DNA of 64,000 nucleotides from Rhodospirillales bacterium (GTDB taxonomy: Bacteria > Pseudomonadota > Alphaproteobacteria > Rhodospirillales > JASLLZ01), in NCBI GenBank assembly GCA_030754885.1, contig JASLZL010000089.1, positions 7,692-71,691 on the forward strand. The letters are read 5' to 3'. Below the pieces are notes generated by a model that did not search any database, was not told the origin of the DNA, and saw only the letters and a list, made by a program, of their open reading frames with translations. Below, piece by piece: positions 9,316 to 18,243 of the stretch (within the stretch, counting starts at the first letter, position 1; each line of letters begins with the position of its first letter). The position numbers and the translations under genes were made by a program.

Positions 9316-10285
9316 ATGGTGGGACGCGAGCGGCAGCGCACTGTTGCCGACCCTGCTGGCGCCGTTCGGCTGGGGCTGGGGCCTGGCGGCACAAGCTCGA
9401 AGGGCCTGGGTGCGGCCGTGGCGGGCCGGGGTGCCGGTGCTCTGCATCGGCAATTTGGTCGCCGGCGGCGCCGGCAAGACGCCGCTCGCCCTCGATATCG
9501 GCGCCCGCCTCGCGGGGCGTGGGGTTGCGGTACATTTCCTGACCCGCGGTTATGGGGGCAGCGCGGCGGGACCGCTTCGCGTCGATGGCGAACGTCACGA
9601 CGTTTCCCAAGTTGGCGACGAAGCGCTGCTTCTTGCCCGCTTGGCCCCGACCTGGGTAGCCCGAGACCGAGGCGCCGGCGCCCGCGCCGCGATTGCCGAA
9701 GGCGCCGCCGTCATCATCATGGACGACGGCTTTCAGAACCCCGCCCTGGCCAAGGATGTGTCGTTGATCGCCATCGACGGCGGGTTCGGCTTTGGCAATG
9801 GGCGCCTGATGCCCGCCGGTCCCTTGCGTGAGGACATCGCCGGTGGTCTCGCCCGGGCCAGCGCTGTAGTTCTCGTTGGCACCGACGATGCCGGCGTCGG
9901 TGAGCAACTGGCGGAGCACTCGCCGCTTCCCGTGCTGCGCGCTCGAACCAGACCCGGACCCGAGGCCAAGGATTTGGCCGGCCGGGCGGTGGTGGCCTTC
10001 GCCGGCATCGGCAGGCCATCCAAGTTCTTTGATACCTTGAGCGACATTGGATGTCAGGTCGTGACACGGCACGCCTTTGCCGATCATCATGTCTACCAGG
10101 CGGCGGAATTGGCTCTTCTTGAACAAGAAGCGCGGGCGGCGGATGCCCAACTGGTGACCACCGCCAAGGATGCCCAGCGCCTGCCGCCGGATGCCAGGGA
10201 TACGGTCCGGGTCTTGACAATCACCCTCGAATGGGAAGACGAAACGGCCCTTGATGCGATCCTTAATCCTGTTTTGTCCCGGTGA
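9302..10285 (+). CDS. lpxK: tetraacyldisaccharide 4'-kinase
   Basis: From GTG 9302 the protein starts VRAPEWWD... It carries the P-loop GNLVAGGAGKTP and DDGFQN motifs of LpxK. It overlaps the waaA end by 14 nt. Confidence 0.85.
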   Translation: MRAPEWWDASGSALLPTLLAPFGWGWGLAAQARRAWVRPWRAGVPVLCIGNLVAGGAGKTPLALDIGARLAGRGVAVHFLTRGYGGSAAGPLRVDGERHDVSQVGDEALLLARLAPTWVARDRGAGARAAIAEGAAVIIMDDGFQNPALAKDVSLIAIDGGFGFGNGRLMPAGPLREDIAGGLARASAVVLVGTDDAGVGEQLAEHSPLPVLRARTRPGPEAKDLAGRAVVAFAGIGRPSKFFDTLSDIGCQVVTRHAFADHHVYQAAELALLEQEARAADAQLVTTAKDAQRLPPDARDTVRVLTITLEWEDETALDAILNPVLSR

Positions 10286-11190
10286 TGTTCAAAAATATTC
10301 AATTCTCCGTCGTGCTGCGCCGTACCTTTCTGCACCCCATCGAGGCGGCAGTAGCGGCTGCGGCCTACAGTGTATTCAAGGTCCTGCCGCTTGACGTGGC
10401 GTCGGCTCTCGGCGGCTGGTTGGCGCGCACGATCGGACCGCGTCTCGGTATCTCTGGGCGCGCCGTCACCAATCTCGGCCTAGCATTTCCCGAAAAATCG
10501 CCGGGCGAGATCAAGGCCGTCGTCCGCGGCATGTGGGACAACCTGGGACGGGTCGCAGCCGAATACCCCCATCTTGGCGAGATTGATGTTTATGGCGACG
10601 ATTGCCGCGTCACCGTGCGTGGCGCCGAGAACATCGATCGAATGCGCGACGATGGCCTTCCCGGTATTTTCTTTTCCGCTCACATCGGCAACTGGGAGAT
10701 TGCGCCACTTGTCGCGACCCAGCGGGGACTGCCGGTCGATCAGGTGTACAGGGCCGCCAACAACCGCCTGGTGGAGTGGCTCTATCGGCGCGGACGTGCC
10801 CGCGCCGTGAACGCTCTGATTCCCAAGGGACCGGCCGGCGCGCGACAGTTGCTACGCTCTCTCAAGGGCGGCAAGCACCTGGGCATGGTGGTCGACCAAA
10901 AGATGAACGACGGCATTCCTACGCCTTTTTTCGGCCGCGATGCCATGACAGCGCCGGCCTTGGCCGAGCTGGCCCTGAGGTTTGATTGCCCGGTGGTTCC
11001 GGTGCGAGTCGAGCGTCTTGAGGGCGCGCGCTTCCGCATCACGATCGATCCGCCCTTGAACCTTGACGCCACGGGCGAGCGCCCAGCCGACGTCGCCGCC
11101 GCCATGGTCAAGGTTAATGCCATTATTGAAGGCTGGGTGCGCGAACACCCGGAACAGTGGCTGTGGCTCCACAACCGCTGGCCGGACTGA
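10282..11190 (+). CDS. lipid A biosynthesis (lauroyl/late) acyltransferase, LpxL/HtrB family
   Basis: 302 aa. Contains the HIGNWE catalytic-histidine motif, VDQK and WLWLHNRW, typical of the HtrB/MsbB/LpxL family. Overlaps lpxK by 4 nt. Confidence 0.75.
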   Translation: MMFKNIQFSVVLRRTFLHPIEAAVAAAAYSVFKVLPLDVASALGGWLARTIGPRLGISGRAVTNLGLAFPEKSPGEIKAVVRGMWDNLGRVAAEYPHLGEIDVYGDDCRVTVRGAENIDRMRDDGLPGIFFSAHIGNWEIAPLVATQRGLPVDQVYRAANNRLVEWLYRRGRARAVNALIPKGPAGARQLLRSLKGGKHLGMVVDQKMNDGIPTPFFGRDAMTAPALAELALRFDCPVVPVRVERLEGARFRITIDPPLNLDATGERPADVAAAMVKVNAIIEGWVREHPEQWLWLHNRWPD

Positions 11191-11208
11191 CTATCCATTC
11201 GATGGGCC

Positions 11209-11235
11209 AAAAAAAACGGCCGGACAGGCCGGCCG
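11209..11235 (-). terminator. Rho-independent terminator (read on minus strand)
   Basis: The minus strand reads CGGCCGG-CCTGT-CCGGCCG followed by TTTTTTTT: a 7-bp all-GC stem, a 5-nt loop and an 8-U tail. It lies 49 nt downstream of the small minus-strand ORF ending at 11284. Confidence 0.65.
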
Positions 11236-11283
11236 CCGAAGATGATGGCATTGTATCCATCGCGCCGATCGTTTGCGGCGCTG

Positions 11284-11457
11284 TCAGCCTCCCGGTCTGA
11301 TCGTCTGGGTGACGGGAACCTGGGCCACCGACTGCGGGGCGCTAGGCGCTTGGGCCGTATGCGCCGAATAGCCCGAACACATACCGTCGGCCAAAGCCGT
11401 GGCGGCAAAGCCCATCACCAGAAGAGCAGCGAAGGCGATAGTCGTGATCTTGCGCAT
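11284..11457 (-). CDS. small secreted hypothetical protein (57 aa, signal peptide)
   Basis: ATG 11457 follows a strong RBS (AAGGAG, 7-nt spacing). MRKITTIAFAALLVMGFAATALA|DG looks like a Sec signal peptide. A canonical terminator follows. No family was recognised. Confidence 0.5.
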   Translation of the reverse strand: MRKITTIAFAALLVMGFAATALADGMCSGYSAHTAQAPSAPQSVAQVPVTQTIRPGG

Positions 11458-11535
11458 TTCTAATCTCCTTAGATGAAGAATAATTCGCAAGTGTAGAAAC
11501 TATACGCAGTTGCACTACCGTAATCAACGACCGAT

Positions 11536-12372
11536 TTACGGTACCGGCGGTGTCATGGAACCGGCTAAAAGCGCCGGGTCCAGAGCGATATCGAAAAGGC
11601 TGACACCCCAGTGCAGGTGGGGTCCGGTGGCGCGGCCCGTGGCGCCGACGCGGCCGATGATCTGGCCCTTGAGGACGCGTTGGCCCTGTTCGACCTCGAT
11701 AGCGCTCATGTGGGCATAGACGCTGTTGAGGCCATGGCCATGGTCGATCATTAGCGTCTTGCCGGTGAAGAACATGTCGCCGTGGGTGAGCGCCACGACG
11801 CCGTCGGCGGGCGCCTTCACGGGCGTTCCCTGGGGGGCGGCCACGTCGACGCCGGCATGAGGGCGCCTGGGTTCCCCGTTGAGGATGCGTTGGCTGCCGA
11901 ATACGCCCGATAAGCGACCCGCGAGCGGCCAGGCGAAGCCGCCGGCAAAATCGGTCAGGGCCGATGCATCGGCACGCACGGCGGCAATGCGCCGGCTGTC
12001 GTCTCCAATGCGCTTCAGGTCCTCGGCCGACGGCGCTACCTGTTTTTTAGGCAGGCCGTCGATGCGTTGGATGTCATAGCGTCGACGTTCGATCTTCAGG
12101 TCGCGCGCCGTTGTCGAGCCGTCGGTCGTGGCGACCCGCACCTTGACCGTGGACGGGGCGTCGCGGCCCAACCCGATCGCGAACAAGCCACCGCGCGAGA
12201 CCTGGGTCTCTGTGCCGTCCACGGTGACCACCGATCCGGGATCCGTGTGGCCAATTAACAGGCCGCCCTGGATCAAGGGGCCTTCGAGCCGCAGCGTCTG
12301 GGAAACGGCGGGAAATACTGTTGTCCCGATGAGGAGAACGGCGGCGAGTGCCGTAGCGCCGAGCCGTGTCAC
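11536..12372 (-). CDS. M23-family (LytM-type) peptidoglycan endopeptidase
   Basis: Has a signal peptide and the HAGVD...D, MIDHGHG, HMS and ATGPHLHW motifs of peptidase M23. Its GTG start overlaps the xseA stop (GTGA). Confidence 0.85.
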   Translation of the reverse strand: MTRLGATALAAVLLIGTTVFPAVSQTLRLEGPLIQGGLLIGHTDPGSVVTVDGTETQVSRGGLFAIGLGRDAPSTVKVRVATTDGSTTARDLKIERRRYDIQRIDGLPKKQVAPSAEDLKRIGDDSRRIAAVRADASALTDFAGGFAWPLAGRLSGVFGSQRILNGEPRRPHAGVDVAAPQGTPVKAPADGVVALTHGDMFFTGKTLMIDHGHGLNSVYAHMSAIEVEQGQRVLKGQIIGRVGATGRATGPHLHWGVSLFDIALDPALLAGSMTPPVP

Positions 12373-13805
12373 AGGAGGCTTCCCTGATCGTCATCGGTCG
12401 GGCGTTTTGCTCTCTTGACTTTGGGCGGTTTGCGGGTGCCGCCGTTCCTAACCGTGACCCCGGTATCGCCGTCTTGGAAGTGGAGCGTAAGATCCATACC
12501 CGGCTTGAGGCCCTGGCGCATCATCACCGGGCTGTCGGCGGCGTCGCGTACAAGGACGAAGCCGCGCTCCAACACCCGCTGATAGGACAGGCTGCGTAAC
12601 AATTCGGCGGCGTGGTCCAGTCGGTTGCGGCCGTCGCGCAAGCGCAATCGGACCGCCGGTTCCAGGGCGCCCGCCACATGATCGATCTGGCTTCGCGCGT
12701 GGCGCAGCTCGGCACGCGGATGGGGGATATGCGCGACCAGTTCGCCTAGGGCTGCGCGGCGGGTCTCCAGGCTCGACCCGAGTCCCTTGACGAGACGCTC
12801 GTTCCAGTCGTCGAGGCGCTGTAAGAAACCCTCAACCAAGCGGCCCAGGTTGGGTAGACCGCGCCGGGCACCCTCCAGTTGCGTGCTAAGCTCGCGCAGC
12901 AGGCGGTTGACGGCGCTGACCAGACGGCTGCCGTCATCGAGAACCTGGGCCAGCAGTTCAATGCGCACCGGGACGGCAATTTCGGCGGCGGCGCTTGGCG
13001 TCGGCGCCCGGCGGTCAGCCACGAAATCGATCAGCGTGGTGTCGGTTTCGTGGCCGACGGCCGAGATCAGCGGGATGGCGCTGGCCGCCACGGCGCGTAC
13101 CACCACTTCTTCGTTGAAGGCCCAAAGATCCTCAAGGCTACCGCCACCTCGCGCCACGATGATCACATCGGGGCGGGGCGGCGTCGCTGCGTCGGCGAAC
13201 TGGTTGAAACCGTCGATGGCGTCGGCGACCTGTTCGGCGGCACCCTTGCCTTGCACCAGAACCGGCCACAGCAGGACATGGCGTGGAAAGCGGTCCCGGA
13301 GCCGATGCAAGATGTCGCGGATCACCGCCCCGGTCGGCGAGGTAACGACGCCTATGACCTCGGGCAGGAAGGGCAGGGGCTTCTTGTTTTCCTCGTCGAA
13401 CAACCCTTCGTCGGCCAGTTTGCGCCGCCGATCCTCCAACAGCTTGAGAAGCGCGCCGGCGCCGGCCAGTTCCAGGGTTTCGACGACAATCTGGTATTTG
13501 GAACGACCGGCATAGGCCGTGATGCGCCCGGTGGCCACTACTTCCATGCCGTCCTCGGGCGCCAGCCCCAGCCTCCCGGCGCCGCCGCGCCAGCAAACGG
13601 CGTCAAGGACCGCGTCGGCATCCTTGAGCGTGAAGTAGAGGTGACCCGAGGCGGCGCGCTTGAAACCGGAAATCTCGCCCCGCACGCGGATCCTGGCGAA
13701 GGCTCCCTCCAGGGTGCCCTTGATAGCCCGCGAGATGTCGCCGACGGAAACAACCGGTAAATTGTGGTCGGTGGTTTCGGGCGGCGGGTTTGTGGTCTCC
13801 GCCAT
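12369..13805 (-). CDS. xseA: exodeoxyribonuclease VII large subunit
   Basis: 478 aa. Has an N-terminal OB fold (ISGFKRAASGHLYFTLKD), then IGVVTSPTGAVIRDI, ARGGGSLEDLWAFN and ISAVGHETD motifs. Confidence 0.9.
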   Translation of the reverse strand: MAETTNPPPETTDHNLPVVSVGDISRAIKGTLEGAFARIRVRGEISGFKRAASGHLYFTLKDADAVLDAVCWRGGAGRLGLAPEDGMEVVATGRITAYAGRSKYQIVVETLELAGAGALLKLLEDRRRKLADEGLFDEENKKPLPFLPEVIGVVTSPTGAVIRDILHRLRDRFPRHVLLWPVLVQGKGAAEQVADAIDGFNQFADAATPPRPDVIIVARGGGSLEDLWAFNEEVVVRAVAASAIPLISAVGHETDTTLIDFVADRRAPTPSAAAEIAVPVRIELLAQVLDDGSRLVSAVNRLLRELSTQLEGARRGLPNLGRLVEGFLQRLDDWNERLVKGLGSSLETRRAALGELVAHIPHPRAELRHARSQIDHVAGALEPAVRLRLRDGRNRLDHAAELLRSLSYQRVLERGFVLVRDAADSPVMMRQGLKPGMDLTLHFQDGDTGVTVRNGGTRKPPKVKRAKRPTDDDQGSLL

Positions 13806-13859
13806 CCGTCTTTATGGTACAACTCACCGTCACAAGACAAGCAGGGGGTATCGCGACCG

Positions 13860-15131
13860 ATGAAGGTTCTGGTGGTTGGATCGGGGGGCCGCGAACATTC
13901 GCTCTGCTGGGCGATATCCCGTTCGCCACGCTGCGATAAACTTTATTGCGCTCCGGGCAACGCCGGCATTGCCGAAGTTGCCGAGTGTCTGGCCCAAGAT
14001 GCCGAGGACCTAGACGGCATCGTGAACCTGACTCTCGACAAGGGGATTGATTTTGTCGTCGTCGGCCCCGAAGTCCCCCTCGCGGCGGGTCTCGTTGATC
14101 GCCTGGGAGCGGCGGGTATCAAGGCCTTTGGACCGAACGCCAAGGCGGCGAGGTTGGAGGGCTCCAAGGGCTTTATGAAAGACCTGTGCGCCCAATACGG
14201 CATTCCGACCGCTGAGTTCGCCCGCTTTGACGAACCCGATGCCGCTAAGGAATACATCCACGCCAAAGGCGCTCCTCTGGTCGTCAAGGCCGACGGACTG
14301 GCGGCCGGCAAGGGCGTCATCTTGTGCCGCACCAAGAACGAAGCCTTCGCCGCCATTGATCACATCATGACCGAGCAAGCCTTCGGAAGCGCCGGCGCCG
14401 AAGTGGTTATCGAGGAGTTCCTGGAGGGCGAGGAGGCCAGCTTCTTCGCCCTTGTCGATGGCCAGACAGCGTTGCCTCTCGTCTCGGCCCAGGACCACAA
14501 GGCGGCCTACGACGGCGACACCGGCCCCAATACCGGCGGCATGGGGGCCTATTCACCGGCGCCCGTAGTCACCGACGCGATGGCCGAGAAAATTATGGAC
14601 CGGGTGATGAGGCCGGTCATCGCGGCCATGGCGGCTGAGGGATGTCCCTACAGAGGGGTGCTCTACGCCGGTGTGATGATCGACAATGACCAACCCAAGG
14701 TGCTGGAGTTCAACGTCCGTTTCGGCGATCCCGAATGCCAGCCGCTGATGATGAGGCTCAAATCCGATATCCTCGACGCCCTGGTAGCCTGCGTTGACGG
14801 GACTCTGGACCAGGTGGCGCTGGAATGGCATGACGTAGTGACCCTGACCGTGGTCATGGCCACCAAGGGGTATCCCGGCTGGTACGAAAACGGCAGCAAG
14901 ATTGGCGGTCTGGACGAGGCTCAGACGTTGGACGACGTTGCCGTCTTTCACGCCGGAACGCGGGCCGAAAACGGCCACATCGTGGCCCATGGCGGGCGGG
15001 TGCTGGGCGTTACGGCGCGGGGCGCCACGGTGGCCAAGGCGCGTGAGAGGGCCTACCAGGCGGTTGAGCGCATCGACTGGCCGGAGGGTTTCTGGCGCCG
15101 TGACATAGGATGGCGTGCCATCGATCGTTGA
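13860..15131 (+). CDS. purD: phosphoribosylamine--glycine ligase
   Basis: Starts MKVLVVGSGGREHSLCWA from ATG 13860, with an ATP-grasp core (VVKADGLAAGKGV) and EFNVRFGDPE. The track ORF starts 32 codons too early. Confidence 0.92.
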   Translation: MKVLVVGSGGREHSLCWAISRSPRCDKLYCAPGNAGIAEVAECLAQDAEDLDGIVNLTLDKGIDFVVVGPEVPLAAGLVDRLGAAGIKAFGPNAKAARLEGSKGFMKDLCAQYGIPTAEFARFDEPDAAKEYIHAKGAPLVVKADGLAAGKGVILCRTKNEAFAAIDHIMTEQAFGSAGAEVVIEEFLEGEEASFFALVDGQTALPLVSAQDHKAAYDGDTGPNTGGMGAYSPAPVVTDAMAEKIMDRVMRPVIAAMAAEGCPYRGVLYAGVMIDNDQPKVLEFNVRFGDPECQPLMMRLKSDILDALVACVDGTLDQVALEWHDVVTLTVVMATKGYPGWYENGSKIGGLDEAQTLDDVAVFHAGTRAENGHIVAHGGRVLGVTARGATVAKARERAYQAVERIDWPEGFWRRDIGWRAIDR

Positions 15132-15201
15132 GGGCTAGGCGACCTTGAAGCCCGGGCCGTCATTCCCATGTCCATGACTGGAATTGGTTCAGGGGAGTGC
15201 C

Positions 15202-15519
15202 ATGGACGACAAGACCCGCATCGAGATAGAAGCGGCCGCCTTCCGAGGATTGATCGAGCACCTGCGCCGACGTACCGATGCCCAGAATATCGACTTGATG
15301 AACCTGGCCGGTTTCTGCCGCAACTGCCTTGCCAAGTGGTTTCGCGCGGCGGCCGCCGAGCGCGGCGAGGAGATGTCATACGAGGCGGCGCGAGAGACCG
15401 TCTACGGCATGCCTTATGCAACCTGGAAGGAAAAACACCAGACCGAGGCGACATCGGAACAGAAACAGAAGTTCGAGGATACCAAGCCGTTGCACGCCGT
15501 CATCGGTGGCGGCACATAG
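15202..15519 (+). CDS. DUF1244-domain protein
   Basis: About 105 aa from ATG 15202, with an AGGGGAG RBS. Contains FRGLIEHLRRRTDAQNIDLMNLAGFCRNCLAKW, the conserved core of DUF1244. Confidence 0.7.
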   Translation: MDDKTRIEIEAAAFRGLIEHLRRRTDAQNIDLMNLAGFCRNCLAKWFRAAAAERGEEMSYEAARETVYGMPYATWKEKHQTEATSEQKQKFEDTKPLHAVIGGGT

Positions 15520-15531
15520 GATCGGTTCCGT

Positions 15532-16710
15532 TTATGACGCCGGTTTGACGAATACCGCGTAAAATCCCGGGTGGGCGCACAACAGGCGGATTTCCACCCG
15601 CTCTTCTTCCAATCCGTTTTCTTTGGCCAAGGCGCGAAGATAACGCCGGCTGTGGGTAAATTCGGCCTCGGCCTCCTTGCGCATGACGTCGCTGTCGTCA
15701 AGACAGGGATAGACACTCAGTACCAATCTTCCGCCGGGCATCAACGCAGCCGACGCGGCGCGGAAGAAGTCGCTCAGATCAGGGATGTAAAAGAGACACC
15801 AATTGCAGACCACAAGATGATAGGAGGCCCGGCGCCCCGGCTTTTCCATCTCGCCCGTGATGTCACCCTCAGCCAGGGTTTCGTATATCCCCTTGGTTCG
15901 GGCCTGCGAAAGCATGTCGGCTGAGAGGTCGATGCCGTCAAGGCGTGTAACGCGCGGTGCGAGCCATTCTCCGACGAGACCGGTGCCGCAGCCAGCGTCA
16001 AGCGCCGCCCAGTCCGGTGAAAACGAAATTGACTCCTCGATAAAACCGCAGAACTGCCGCGCCGTTTCGCCCGACCAAAAGTCTTCGTCGTAGTCGTCGG
16101 AGAGGGCAGCGAATTTGTCGCGCAAGAGTGAAGGGTCGAAAGTGGCCGATCCAAGGGGTTCGCAAGAGTGATGGAAGGCACGGACCGCATCTTCCGTCCA
16201 GCCTGCCTCCACCATCTGGCGCGCGGCCAATCTGAGTATCGCGACACGGTGCGTATGGTCGCCAAGCAATTCCGCCAAGCGGTTGATGGCGGAGGAGCGG
16301 GACGTGTCGGATGCAAAGCATTCGGTCCAGCGATCAAGCAGGCTTGATCGTGCTTCGAAGGGAAACACCGCCATGCTCTGGAGCGCTCTTGCGTGCAGAT
16401 CGGCGTTGGCCGGTTCGGCGGAAAGTCCCATGAAGGCCGCCGAAATGGCGTCGGCGGGGTTCTCACAGGAGAGACTAAGGCAAAGGCACGTTTCGCCGTT
16501 CCTTTGTCCACTTTCGACGGCCTTTTGTAATAGTGGACGCGCCTTGTCCGCGTCGCCGGAACCGAAATAGGCCATCCCGAGAAGCCGCGCCAGAACGCAA
16601 TCCCCACCGTTGGCGGCAAACTCGGGTTCCAGCAGCCCGATGGCTTCGTCGAAGGCGCGTTGCCTCAAGGCCCGCACCGCCGCATCGGCGATGGTGACGC
16701 GGTCAGTCAT
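15532..16710 (-). CDS. TPR-repeat class I SAM-dependent methyltransferase (COG4976-like)
   Basis: The N-terminal half is TPR-like helical. The C-terminal half carries SAM motif I (LDAGCGTGLVG), then DLS..ML and PGGRLVLS. Confidence 0.75.
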   Translation of the reverse strand: MTDRVTIADAAVRALRQRAFDEAIGLLEPEFAANGGDCVLARLLGMAYFGSGDADKARPLLQKAVESGQRNGETCLCLSLSCENPADAISAAFMGLSAEPANADLHARALQSMAVFPFEARSSLLDRWTECFASDTSRSSAINRLAELLGDHTHRVAILRLAARQMVEAGWTEDAVRAFHHSCEPLGSATFDPSLLRDKFAALSDDYDEDFWSGETARQFCGFIEESISFSPDWAALDAGCGTGLVGEWLAPRVTRLDGIDLSADMLSQARTKGIYETLAEGDITGEMEKPGRRASYHLVVCNWCLFYIPDLSDFFRAASAALMPGGRLVLSVYPCLDDSDVMRKEAEAEFTHSRRYLRALAKENGLEEERVEIRLLCAHPGFYAVFVKPAS

Positions 16711-16725
16711 TGGGCTTTCGCGCTA

Positions 16726-18120
16726 TCATTCGGCGGCGCCATCGTTAAGCACGTTCCACCACAGATAGGGGCGCCGATCACGGGTGAAGCCACCCTTGAA
16801 GCGGGCAATGCCCCGTAACTTTTCGTTCATGCCTTCGTCGACGTGCAGATACCCCAGATCGAAGCGCTGCTTTCCCTTGTCCCGGGCCCTGAGGATGGCG
16901 CGGTAGAGAGGCCAGTGGGACGCCGGAACGTCGCTGTGATTGACGGAAATACTGGCCATGTAATAGGCCGCCTCGCCTTCATAGGCAACGAGCACCGCGG
17001 CAAGCGGCTCACCCTTTATCGAGGCCACAATCAGATCGCCATCTCCACCCTCCAGAAAGGCACGGATTTCGGCCCCTGAGTGAAACGCTGATGCCCGATC
17101 AGCCCCTTCATATAGGGCAAAGAAAGTCTCTATCGGACGGTCATCTCCTTCCTCCCACGGATGAATACCGAATTCGGTCCGCCCCCGGTTGACGGTGTGG
17201 CGATGACCTTTGCGCACGTCCGCCCAGATGGCGGCCGGGTCCCTGGCAAGATCGACGGATGCGCGCTCGACCCGATGGAAATTGGCCACGCGGGTGGCAG
17301 TGAAGACGGAAACCGGCGTCAGAAGGGGAATGTCGGGCTCTTCGAGGGAAATGGTCCGTGCGTCGACGTGACGGGCGATTTTGACGAGATGGCGCAATGC
17401 CAGTTCGGTTGCCTCGACCATCTCGTCTTCGTCGCCGTCGGCGACCGAAGCCAGAACGATCGGCACCTCATGGCATGCCAAGCGGGCATCGCCGAAAATG
17501 TCGCATTCGACCAAAAGCACCGGCCGCGATCCCTTGGCGACCACGAACGAGCAATCCATCGTCGTACCCAAGACTTGGTTCTTCCTTTCCAGGAAGTAGC
17601 GCTTGGCCAGGGCCGAACGACAAATGTCGCTGGCGATTGAGGGGAAAAGTGAAAGTGGTGCGAGACGATGGAATGCCGGGGCGTCGGTCAGGGTCCCGAA
17701 AACCCGCCAATCGCCTACGACCAGCGGCGGTAAGGGCGAAGACGGTGCCGCCGCTTTGCTTTGCGCTTCGGTGCAAGCGGGGTCGAGGCGCGCCGCCGTC
17801 GTGTAGTGGATGGCGGCTTCTTGAATCTGGCCTAGGTTCTCTTGTTGACGGGCCCACTCCAGGTAAACCTTGGCCCGCTCCTTGGCTAGGCTCAAGAGGG
17901 GTGGGATGTGTCGGAAAGCCGCCGCAGAGGAGGCGAGGAGCGAGGCCTCGCCGAGACCCGATGCCAGCGCCATCCAGCGGTTGGGATCGTCGGCGCGGTT
18001 CTCGAACAGGTCTACCAGATCGTTCACGAACTCGGCCGGCAGGTGTTGGCGTACGGCGGTGATGGCGCTGGCGTCACGGCTTCCGATAATGCGCGCCAGA
18101 ACGTGATCCAATTCCGCCAT
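16726..18120 (-). CDS. hypothetical protein with C-terminal FemAB/GNAT-like (acyl/aminoacyl transferase) domain
   Basis: The C-terminal part (VRKGHRHTVNRGRTE..., GEPLAAVLVAYEGEAAYYMASIS..., HWPLYRAILRARDKG.., FDLG, RFKGGF) resembles FemAB/BioF2-like acetyltransferase folds. The N-terminal ~140 aa is helical. ATG 18120 is preferred over the TTG at 18159. Confidence 0.5.
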   Translation of the reverse strand: MAELDHVLARIIGSRDASAITAVRQHLPAEFVNDLVDLFENRADDPNRWMALASGLGEASLLASSAAAFRHIPPLLSLAKERAKVYLEWARQQENLGQIQEAAIHYTTAARLDPACTEAQSKAAAPSSPLPPLVVGDWRVFGTLTDAPAFHRLAPLSLFPSIASDICRSALAKRYFLERKNQVLGTTMDCSFVVAKGSRPVLLVECDIFGDARLACHEVPIVLASVADGDEDEMVEATELALRHLVKIARHVDARTISLEEPDIPLLTPVSVFTATRVANFHRVERASVDLARDPAAIWADVRKGHRHTVNRGRTEFGIHPWEEGDDRPIETFFALYEGADRASAFHSGAEIRAFLEGGDGDLIVASIKGEPLAAVLVAYEGEAAYYMASISVNHSDVPASHWPLYRAILRARDKGKQRFDLGYLHVDEGMNEKLRGIARFKGGFTRDRRPYLWWNVLNDGAAE

Positions 18121-18243
18121 CTGTGCCTTCAGGCCCCCAGCCCGACGGGTCCTAACCAACGTTGCGCGGGCGAATTACTATCCTAGCCGAAGGGTGGGCC
18201 AATGGCCATTTCGGTGGTCGCGGCCGGTATATATGATCTTGTT

